Positions 36,101-46,905 of a stretch of DNA of 64,000 nt are shown in pieces. The translations under genes were made by a program, and so were the position numbers. Source of the stretch: Klebsormidium nitens (lineage: Eukaryota > Plantae > Klebsormidiophyceae); NCBI GenBank assembly GCA_000708835.1, contig DF236951.1:310101-374100 (forward strand), given 5' to 3'. Under the pieces are notes generated by a model. That model did not search any database. It worked only from the letters and a program-made list of their open reading frames with translations, and was not told where the DNA came from. Within the stretch, counting starts at the first letter, position 1. Each line of letters starts with the position of its first letter.

Positions 36101-38812
36101 CAGGTTGTGGTTCGCGATGGCGAACGTGAACGCGGACAGCGCGGACATGTTGATGATGCGCAGCCGGTACCTGTATTCGCGATATTGGTCTGGACCGAAA
36201 TAATGCTGGCATTTTGAGCGTGCTTGAGCGAAGTTGAGATGTGAAGTTTTCTTCCGTCAATCGCGAATCCAAGTGTGAGACTCCCGCAAGGCCCGAGCGT
36301 GATGGAGCGAGTTGAAATGTGAACTTTCCTTCCGCCAATCGCGAATCCACGTGTAAGACTTACGAAGTCCCGGTCTAACATGGTCGAAGGTTTCTTGGTG
36401 TGGCTGAGACCAACAGGCTTCTCGTGGCAAAAGCAGAATGCGACCAGGTAAAGATGTGCAACCGCTTGACTAAACGCAATCCTCAGAGCACTCGGTGACC
36501 ACCCTCATGCAGTCCCAGCCAACCCGCTTACCTCTTCCCGGTCTGGAACTGGAAGCTCGGCACGTTCTTCGGCGTGTTGCACGTGTACCCGGGAATAATC
36601 CCAATTAGTCCGCAGTCGTACCGGCCGACCCCGTTGAAAACCACCGAGCTTCCGACCGGTTCGGCTCCCAGGGAAGTGCCCAGGAGATAGTGGTTTACGA
36701 CCGGGGGACTCTCCTGGTGGTACCAGTCCGAGATTGACACCACGTATTCGGCGTCGTATAGGGCGGCCTGCGGCTCGGACGTCGCGTGGATCACGATCGG
36801 GCCTGCGGAGGGGTTTAGGGCTTTGAGAAACTGCGGCGTACTCTAAGACGAGACGTGAGGGGAATGTGGGTGACTGTGTTCAATTGGACAGACCAAAGTT
36901 TGTGAGAAGCATCCACGGCTCAGGTCTGAGAGTTCAGGCTTTGCGGGGGACTATAAGGTCTGTGAGAAGACAGGGGCGTGTTTAGCTGATCTGCGGACCA
37001 AGAAGGGACTGGAGATCCGTGGAAAGATGAGAACGCTGTGGGTGCCGAAAACCGGGAAGTCTTCGCGAGGAGAACCTGAATGAGGAGGTAAAACATTTTG
37101 AAAAAGGTCGTGGCAAAGTTACTGAGAAATCTGGCTAAAGGAAAGTCTCCCTTGCCGCCAGAGGTTGCGAACCTTTCGACGGGTCCATCGGGAGTCCGCC
37201 CAAGCAATCTTTGGGAGCTGCCAGATCAACGAGAGCAAAACTTTTGCTCATTCTTCCGTTTTTTAGACTCATAAAGATCCCCGCGCCGCAAGGGTCGTGG
37301 ATAACGCACCTTTCATACCGTCCACGTACTGAGCATGCGAGTGGCTGTGATACCTGCAGCGGGACACCACGATGGAGCTCGATCAAGCGCACCCAAGTCG
37401 GCGGAGAAGACTTTTTCACCGAAACTCTCAGAGCGGCGCAGTTCATCAAGTAGCAAATCAATCAGAGAGAAAATCCGTGATAAAGCCGCGCTACTGAGAA
37501 GCTCTGTTCGTGATCCTCTACGATGGCTACTTTCAGCGACCTTCGTCGCTGTCAACTTCGACGTACGCAGACGCACGAGCTGTGAGAAGCGTGCCTTGAT
37601 CACACCAGCCGTAACCCATCAGAGCAGAATCCCACTGGAAAATACCAAACCAAGACTCTCGCACTGCTTGGATGCAGATGTCTGCTGTCGTACTTAGGGG
37701 CCAAGTGACACCCACTAGAAAGAAGCCAAACGGTAGGTACCGCGACGAAGAAAGTACGTACCAGTAAGTCCCGTGCTGGCCCACTGTGGGTATTCTGTAC
37801 TCGAAGCTCTGGCCCGGGGGGATGGGACACTGCGTAACGCTCGGCACGCCGTCATACTGGTTGGAACCGCGCTGCCACAGGCCGTGGGAGTGAATGCTTG
37901 TTTCGTACGGCAGGTTGTTGAAGATTGTGAGACTGATGGTGTCGCCTGGAAAGGGGGCACAAGGCTGATCACAGTTGGCTATAGCACATACTTTCGAGTG
38001 GAGAAGCAAGTCTCCTCTTGCTTTCCCACTCAAGAGAGTAGATGAGCGACCCCAGGGCAGGAAAACGTTCGCACATACAAGAAAGTGATGGGTTTTGAAT
38101 TGTAAGATTGGCGTGTGTTATGGTGGGAAACGGAGGGGAGGACTTGAGACGAAGAAGGACGCAAGGCATCAAAGGAAAGTGAAAGCAGCGAGAAGAGCAC
38201 AGAGCAGAGTCCCCCAAGGAACACGAATGGCCTTTCGCTCTACCCTGCTCCTTGCAAGTACAGGAAACACGAAAGGCCAGCTCTACCCTGTACTTGCAAG
38301 GAGCAGGGTAGAGCGAAAGGCCAACACGGGGTTCAAGTTGGGCTGAAAGCATACAACGAACAAAGGCTCTGAAATCGGATTGACCGCTGAATGAGAAGGA
38401 CAAGAGCCTGAGGGAGGCCTCCACTCTACAATGTCAGGACTCTGGCCCGAGAGACCAATAGCACTCACTTCCTTTGTGGCTGGCAGGACAGGAACTTGTC
38501 CTGTCCAAAGCTGGTTGACAGATTCCTGATTGACAACCAGTGGCCTTCAAGGTCTCACAAATGCTGCCCACAGAGTCACCCACCTGAGTTGCACTCGATC
38601 AGCGGCCCCTGCCCTGCTGTCTGCCCCGGTGTCAGAACGATGGTGTTGCGCTGGAAACCGTCCGGAGACAGGGGGACCAAACTGGCATTGAAGGAGTAGC
38701 GCACGGTGACTCCAGTGCCTGCGGGGGCGGGGGCTGGGGCGGGACCCTGAGATGCCACGTGGATTGCCAGAAAGAGGAAGATGGCAGCCGAGAAGATGGA
38801 TGGAGGCACCAT
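33111..38812 (-). CDS. Secreted three-domain multicopper oxidase (Fet3-like ferroxidase/laccase), ~654 aa, with GPI-like C-terminus
   Basis: Exons 38812-38584, 37945-37762, 37353-37310, 36802-36532, 36170-36059, 35550-35431, 35094-34738, 34310-34154, 33601-33111 (1965 nt in total). Cu motifs SIHSHG, WYHSH, HPFHLHGH, WFVHCHIDFHLLAGL; N-terminal signal peptide; hydrophobic tail. The exon 6/7 junction is the least certain. Confidence 0.92.
36226..36368. repeat. Diverged ~79-bp tandem duplication in an MCO intron
   Basis: GAGCGAAGTTGAGATGTGAAGTTTTCTTCCGTCAATCGCGAATCCAAGTGTGAGACT (from 36226) versus GAGCGAGTTGAAATGTGAACTTTCCTTCCGCCAATCGCGAATCCACGTGTAAGACT (from 36305). Confidence 0.85.
38228..38323. 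repeat. Perfect 37-bp inverted repeat with 22-nt loop in MCO intron 1
   Basis: TGGCCTTTCGCTCTACCCTGCTCCTTGCAAGTACAGG (38228-38264) is the exact reverse complement of 38287-38323. Confidence 0.95.
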
Positions 38813-41306
38813 ATTGGGCTGCAGTGGATGTAGGAAAGAGTTTAAGGGCTTGGAGTGGGATGAGACCAGTAAGTGCTTCAGGTAAGTGCATGCATTGAAG
38901 ATGCGCCGCTAGTGGTAGCTTTTCAGTGCAGGATATTTCAATACTTGAAACTATGGAGCAAAAAAGGGATTGACATCAACGGGCGTTATCGAACCAAGTC
39001 TGAGACGAGATTGACCTCATTGATAAAATGCTGATGTCCCACAACTCTGTGGCTTTTGAAGATTCAGAAGCTTACAAGCTACTCTTTTTTCCTTGCACTT
39101 TACATGGGCATGAGCAATGCGAATTGCCTTCAAAATGAACGTCGTTCTGACATTCCGAGAGAACAGCAGCTGCAGATTTCCCCTAGTCACCAGCAATTGT
39201 TCGCCACTCCTGCGGACTGCCAGCTAAAGTCAGTACAATCCAATTGGAGGTCTCATGGACTCTGATGAGGTCGACAAGACCTAAAGCAAAGCCTAATTTG
39301 CTTGCCAAATCAAACCCGCTTCGTTATAGTCTGAGGACCATCTCTCGTGCTGCAGAGAATTACCTCTTTGTATCATTGTGGCATAGACATGTACATCATG
39401 ATACCCTGTCATAGTGTAGTACCTGACTGTAGGCGAGCAGTCTGCTAGTAATCTCTGTTACAGGATAAGAAAGTACACACTCCACAGTAAGCAGCAGGTA
39501 TACATCAGCAAAGCGATCTATTCTGCAGAGCAATGACCTGGACATGGCATAACGTCGAAAAGACCCCGCAGCGAGCTCTTCCAAAAATCTGTCTGTTCGC
39601 AACGACACTCACCGTCGTGCAGTGAAGTATCAATTGCTTTGCGCGCCCTTTCCAATGCTCCTGCTAGACAATGCTCTGCTAGCCTGGCCTCAAAGTCCGC
39701 TTTACGACCTTCTGCGGAAGAAGCTTGAACAAGTTGACGCTCCTGCAATGCTGAAACTTGAAGCAGGAAGAAGATCCCCAGTACGGTACATGAGCCAATT
39801 AAAGACTTCAAAGACGATGGATCGTTAGCCTGCTTCTTTCGATCTTTACAATGAATGAGCGACCGAGACTGCCAGCTCAATGTGACAATGTGAGTCACGA
39901 GGCCCACGATCATCCACTGATCCAGTTCGGATTCTTCACGCAAGTGCTGCAACTGTTCTGGCTGCGACATGTGCCGCCAAGCTCATGACAAGTCATATGC
40001 AGGCAACCCAAAACTCGACACGTATTTCGGAATGGCCATTTATCGTCCGACTGCGCCACATGTCATCCATCCGACGGTGCTGAACTTACTCCCGGCAACT
40101 TGCGTAGCCGTCGTAATCATTGGCCCCCTCGCCGATCGATTCCCCGAGGCCCCGATGAAGTCGATGAGCAGTCGGAGTGGGTGACCAGGGAATGTAGTCT
40201 GTGTGCGCCACTGCCTCGGGCAACTTGCAACCAATGGTCCGACTACTCAGTCAACACAAGGTCGCATGGTCATCGCACTGCCTGAGTACTCGAACGTCCA
40301 TGCAGCACCCCAACTAAGATGACAGTCACTAGTTCATGCGTGCACTTACTTTAGCCGTTATATACTGATTTGGAGTGCCATAGTGATAGCCTTGTAGCTC
40401 GGCAGCACATGCTACTGAGCGGCCGCCGCACCCTGCCCTCTACACATTTACTGATGTTTGCATGCACCTATTTCTCAATGATGTACACGTACTGAGGACC
40501 AAGAGCCGTAACTCAGTAATGAACAGTCCGTATAGCATCGAGAACTCATAAGTTTAGATGCACGCAATCATCCCCCTCACTCAATATCTACTGTAAGCCA
40601 TCCAAGTGAGAGGCATGTACACGGAAGCAGAAGCAGAGAGCCAAGAAAGTGCCGCCAATCCGGGCTGTAACGAGCACCTCCAACACCTACGGTAATCTGC
40701 TTTGAAAGTCCATCATGTAGTAGGCAACTTTTAATAACGTTGTCATCAGGTTTCAGCGTAGTTTGGAACGGCTTCAGAGCGTTTGAATTTCCTCTCTGAC
40801 AGCTCCAGAAAGGAAATTAGCTCAACTTCCTGACGCGTGTCCTCAAAGTCTCCTTTCGCACAGTGAGGCGCCTGAGGTGGCCAACGCGCATTTGAGCACC
40901 CGCCGTTATGATTTTCTCGATATCCGAGCAACAAAAATGTCCGCCGCTTGCAACGCCCGGATCTGCATGCGACAAACGTTTGAAATGTGAGAGCATTCAC
41001 TAGCCTTTGTTTTGCTCCGGAAAACAAAACCCTAAAGAGGCAATCAGACACGCCTTGAATCTGAATTCGCTTCAGTCATCCAGAACGAACATCAGATCTC
41101 TTCAGCATCCAAAGAGCACATCGACCCAGTCTTTAAAGACCAAACGTTGAACCTCTTAAAAGCTGATCTCGAGACTTTTGGCGAATGCCCAATGCTGACA
41201 AGATAGTCTTTGAAACCTTCTTTTGTCCTTTCTAGGCTCGACCCTTTCGCACGGCTTTTAGTTGCAGAGCGCTTTATTGTTCAAAACCGTTGGCCGGACC
41301 CCTTAC

Positions 41307-44300
41307 CTCCGCATCCGTCCTTATATACTCCGTGACGTCCTCGTCCTCGCCCGCCGCCCGTGGCCGCGCCGCCTCTAGTTGCTGCCGCGCCCGCTCATAT
41401 TGCCCCTCCAAAAGCAGTTGCTCGTCCGCCTGTATGTAGCGACGACGAAAGATTGACAATAAACCTCAGGAACGACAAGGTTACCAGCTTGAGATCGGTG
41501 GTGTTCGTCTGCATATTCGGGGTAGACCAGGTTGCGGATGACCTGAAAAAAAGAGTGTGATGCTTCTGACTGTGACGGCAGGCCGAATAGCCCTAGAGCT
41601 TGCGATTCCGAAAGTATGATGGGAGCGGTTTTGCTGAACCCATGACTACGTCAGCAAGCCGCACGCCCTTACCGATCGGATCAATGCGGACCGACACAGG
41701 ATCTTGGCCCCGAACAGGTGCCCAGGCCGAAAGCCCACCCCAGATCCGAGCAAGAAGGAGGCAATAGCAGCGATGCTCCCTGACGTCATGCTCCGTCAGC
41801 AAGCCGCTCACCCCGCGTATCAGGAGCGCCTCGATCGTCCTGGCCTCCCACTCCAGATCTTCCACCCCATTCCGTTTCCGCTTGGACGTCAGCAGAACCT
41901 GTTCCGGCGGTCGGGCCTGGTACTTTGGCAGGGGGGGCAAAGGTGGTGCGGCATGGGACCCCCCCGAGACGCCCAAGTGGGCTTGGAGGCCGGCGAGCCG
42001 CTTCTTGACGTCAGCAATGAGCGTCGCCCGCCTGCCAGTCATGAGGTGGGTGAGAAACCGACAGCTGAGAACGGCGGACGTTGACAGTTCCATCCGCGTC
42101 AAGCGATCCAGCCAGAATACCAATGAGTGGACCTGATGACCTCCGTTGCTCGAGTGCGGAGACAATGGAGCGAGATGGAAAGACAATCAATCCAATGGCA
42201 AGCACAATGCACGCTGATGGAGAAACAAGAAGACTTCCCGTGGGAAGAAAGATTGAAGAATAGGCAGTCCAGCTATCGTAAATAGCCCACATTTTGGTTA
42301 CTTTTCCATTCACATCTGGAAGCAACAAGTACAAGTGCTCGTGGCATACCTCTGTCTCTCGACCGCCTGAGCCCGGAACGACGGCGGCAGCCCATGCCAC
42401 GTGTCAAACGAGGGCACCGCCTCTCCTCCCGTGCTTGATTCGCCGAGTTCCGGTCCTTTGAGTTCCGTTTCTACGGGCCGGACGACGATCTCAGCGGAAC
42501 TTGCTGAAGTCTGTGTCTCCTTGCCGGTCGACGACAGCAGAGTGAGCTGATCTCTTCGAGACGCAATGTCTTTGGACGCATTCACACCCTCTGGCTCCGC
42601 TGTAGGCTCCGGGGTGTTAATGCCCTCCATCTCATCCACTCCAACACTCCTGCGCGCTGAATGCTCGCTAGCATTCTGCTGGACGCTGTTTACATTGCTA
42701 CCTGCTCCTATCTGTACACGCTTCGCCTTCACTGCCGTATCCTTCAACACCGTGCCATTTGCCGTTCTACTCGCATTATTTATTTGCCCCGGCATGTCAC
42801 TTTTCTGGACGTCAACCCCAACAGTTGCACCGCCCCCCTCAGCAGCCGCCCCGTCCGTAGACTCGTTCCGGGCTTTTTTTTGTTGCAGGTACGAACCCAA
42901 CGGACCGGTATACATGCCTTCGGCCGTCCCCGGGCGGCTATTTGAGTTCCGGGCCCTCTTCTCTTCCCGTCCCATCCCCTTCTTTGGCCCGGCCCCCGTT
43001 TTGCTCCCCCCCCCGTTCCGGTCATTGCCAGCCCCCTCCAAACTCTGAGAGGTTTCGAATCCTCTCGTGCCAGGACCAACCGTCGATTCTCGAGCGCCTG
43101 CACAAACGGCGCTCGATGGCCTCCCGGTCAACAACTTGACTGTACCGCCCCCTCTCACCAGTGATTTGCCCGGCCCCGCACCTTCCCGAAGAACCTCTAG
43201 CCTTCTCCCCTCCACTGGCGGAGCGTTGTCCTGACTGTCGGCCCCGTCCGAGAACCTTAGAAGTTGCAGGATCATTGGCAGGTGGTCTTTGACGCTGGTC
43301 TCGGTGACGTCAGCACCCCATGGGAGCTTTTGGCCCTCGACGGCGAGGGCGGCCCGTAGTTCTCGCAGCCGGGTCAACGCGGTTTTGGACCCGGCACCCA
43401 GGGTTAAGGCAACCTGGTCTAAGGTTAGCTTGACATTGTGGGCTTCGGCTGCCTGGTACAAGATGGCCGCGGCGAGCTGCAGAGTCAGCAAAGGGAAAAG
43501 GGGTCCAGGTTATCGGTGTTCGGCTTTCTAAAGAGGACAATCACGACGGATTCTAGATGCTCGACCCGTCGTAGGCATCATAAAGCTTCCCTGCCAAGAC
43601 CAGTCCTCATATAGAGACTGTCGACCTGCCCTTCTGAGCGTTGAAATCGCGTCAGCACGACTTGCCCTGCCATCGAGTTTAAGATGGAAACCACTTATGG
43701 GCCTCAAGGAACGCAGGACACATGGTCGTTCAGAACGTCCTTAGCGCACCTTACCAAGTGCATCCGAACAAAACTCTCGAAGTAAGTAAGTGAAGATGAC
43801 AGCGAGAAGGCAAGGAGAAGAATCAATCTGCCATGCTCACCGGAAGAGGGCGTCTCCCCGTGAGAAGCGACGCTCGCTGGGCGCACTTCAGCAGTAGCTC
43901 CGCACTCTCGAGCACCAGCGCCAGCCTGGCCCGATGCCGGCCCCGCAAAGAGTCCATTTGCGAAGCCGCGCTGCGGATGAACGCCATTGGATCCGCCTCC
44001 GGGGGTTGGATTTCTAAAACTTGGAGGACTCGCCGGTATGTGGCGCCGAGCTCGACGGGGCTGCTTTGAACTGCAGACTGGCAAGAACAGGGCTGGGGTT
44101 AACGGGTTTTGCTTCGATTTTTGGGTCTACGGTACTTTCTTGGGGTTTTATTAGGCTGGGGACCCACAGTTCTCATTACTTTCATGAGTAGTTTCTTACG
44201 GCTATGGGTTGTCTGAGTCTCCTCGAAAGACCGGGATTGTCAATCTCGCAATTGACACGCCAAGAAAGGCAAAAAGTCCCCTTTCACGAGCCAGACTCAA

Positions 44301-45478
44301 GTCTCATAGTCCAAAAATAAAGACACCTTTAATCTTGAGACCACTTGCAGCACAACCAGAAATGCAATCAGTAGACAGACGATAGGGCTGTGCAATAGCA
44401 ACCTCAGTACAACATGAGCAGGAGCGTCACAGTCGACTGCGCCAAAGAGTCCACTTCTCAGGTAATATTAAGGAGATTCATAGTGGCGCTGAGAGTGGGC
44501 AAATCGGGCCTTACTGCGACATCAGCCACCGTCAGTGCGAGGCGCCTCTGCCGGACGACGATGTACACGCAGGCCGCGACCAGGACGTCAAGCCAGCGTC
44601 CCTGGCCCCACTCCCCCTTCAGCACGTCGTCGACCAGTGCCTCCACGTCTGTCCGGTAGATAACCGGCAGCCGTACCCGGTCCGAGAGGTCTGCAACTCG
44701 TCGCATAGCGTGGGGCTGCGGGGCAGAGATGAAGGTATTGGGTTGATTGGGGTGGAGGGATGAGGGGCAACTATGGGGAAGAGACGAGGCTTGAGTGTTG
44801 GACTGTCTGATATTGTTTGGCCAACTCCTCCATGCCATCGAAACGTCGCCTCTCCTGTCTGCCCACGGTATTAACTGGCGGTCTCTGTTCTAGCCTGATA
44901 ACATCAACACACTGGCTATGATCCCCATAATAGAAGCAGACACTTGTTGTTCAGTCAGAGTCACCAATTAAGACAGTAGCATCGGCAAAATAAGGGCAGC
45001 CAGTCGTTTTGCAGAAGTGATTGAACGATCCTCGTGGTGGGGCAATCTGCTTCAGTGACAGGTGATACTTCCAATCGAGTCAAAAGAAGACCCTCCACAA
45101 CCCGCACCTACCGCAATTGTTGCTGACACGTGGTCATCAACTCAAAACGACCGGGCAAACGATCACTTTTGACAAATGCTGCTCAACATCAGGATCTCAA
45201 AACGACCACAAGAAACGAGAAATGCGCACCCGCCCCGCAGACTGCATCTTGAATGCCTCCTGCCGCACCAGCCGCCCCGCCTGGGAACTGTCCAACAGCC
45301 TCCAAGCCGTGGCAGCTCCGGTGTCATCTTCCACCCTCTGGCCCCCCCCATACTCTCCTGACACCAGCGGGCTTTCTTCTTGTACGCACCCGCATCGCTC
45401 GCACACGCTGGTGCAGTCTACCAGGTCAAAGTGCATTGTGGCTGCTCGACAGCTTGGGCACCATGTGCTCTCCTCCAT
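41307..45478 (-). CDS. PTF2: Plant-specific TFIIB/BRF-related factor (PTF2-like); last exon not resolved
   Basis: Exons 45478-45230, 44715-44515, 44077-43841, 43476-42350, 42031-41812, 41429-41307. Zinc ribbon CPSC...CERCG; GEWGQGRWLDVLVAACVYIVVR; LLTGRRPLP; LPWGADVT; LEWEARTIEALL; EYIRTDAE. Confidence 0.82.
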
Positions 45479-46177
45479 GCCTGAAGCAAAGTCTTGACGA
45501 TGTAAGGGGCAATCTTAGAGGTGGTGGAGGGGACTTCTTTTGGTGCAGATCATAAGATTGAGCGGGAGCTTGAAAGGCTACTGAATCGCTGGAACAGCTG
45601 CTCGTCACAACTCCAGCTCGTCCATTAAAGAGGGGATTAGACATGCATTTCAGAGGCCTGATGAATGAAATCCGGGCCGCACAGCCGAATTGACGAACAG
45701 ACTGTTCTTTGGGTGCCGCCAATTGATGGAGACCCTGTGATGCTTCAACAATTCAAGGACAGAAGGAACTGCCTCAGCGGGAGCGCCGCCATGTGAGTTG
45801 ATAAAATTCTGGGACGTTTGAGGAGCGCGGCGCATCCACCTTATGTTTGAAATTCTAATCCTAATACTAGGCGCCATGTGGCGCCATTGGCATGAGCAGA
45901 GGGCTGAGCAGAAAGCACGGCAGCTTGTATGCTGGAGGTATGCTGCTCGGTGCCCGCATGATGGTCGCGCGCCGGCCGCGCCGCTCGCTGGCGCGCGGCC
46001 GCCCGGCACCCGGGTTTGTGACATTCGTTCAAACTGCACACTCGATATGAAAGCGGCTCTTGGTGGCTGCGAAATCACTGTTGTGCGGCTTCGGATTCTA
46101 ATGCAAGGATCATGCGCGCGCGTTCGACGGCGCAGGGCGAATCAGCGGGCGGGCATGCGCTCCAGCCTAAGGCTACA

Positions 46178-46220
46178 GTACCATGAGTAGTACCTAAGTA
46201 GTACAAGTACCCACTAGTAC
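46178..46220. promoter_or_regulatory. Cluster of five GTAC cores (SBP-box/CuRE-like) in a divergent promoter
   Basis: GTAC at 46178, 46190, 46201, 46207 and 46217, about 700 bp from both the PTF2 and the BAR-PH start codons. Confidence 0.4.
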
Positions 46221-46905
46221 CAACGATATCGGGGAGGCAACCAATTGCTTCTGTGGCCAGCTCTGCATCAGTCCAATACACCAATAGGCTGAAGCCTCAA
46301 TTGATATAAACTCGACACAATATCAATAATCTATGCGTTCATGAATATTTCCTGCATAATGCACGTTTCAACTTTTGAACATACGGTTACATGTCAGGTA
46401 TCAGGAAGCTTCCGTCATTACAAATTGAATCAGGGCAAGTTGTGGGTCGACTAGGACTACGATATTGTGACGGACGACTTTGTGCAGAATCCTGGGATGC
46501 AATGGTGGCAGTGGCAATGGTGCTAATGAAAGAACCGTGTCAAGAGAATCCGCAATCGACCTGGCGCTATAAGATTCAAAATAAGAAACTTCGTGCTGCA
46601 ATAGCTGAGTCGAGTTGAAACCAAGTACTAAGTACGACCGTTGGCTGCTCAAATGGCATTGGTTCCAGCACGTAGCTCCAATTGTCAGCATTGGCAGGCA
46701 TTGCAGACTGCATGAAGTAGTCTCAAAACAAACAAATGCAAATAAGACCAACTTATCCACTAGGACTGCACTTTATAGTTTAGGTGCCAGCGCTTCTAAG
46801 GCAGGTCCTGCAGATTACGTTAACTTTAATATCGGTTCTGCAGTAGCGGCACTAGCGCCAGCTATGAGTTGCTGATTGGGAGCCCACATTGAGGAAAGGG
46901 ACAGG

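Noticed and set aside
39920-40184. Cys cluster KCCNCSGCDMC in a short plus-strand frame
   Set aside because: No start or splice context and no recognisable domain; at most a relic.
8573-41036. Isolated TTAGGG/TTTAGGG/AAACCCTAAA motifs (8573, 36814, 41027)
   Set aside because: Single units expected by chance; no array.
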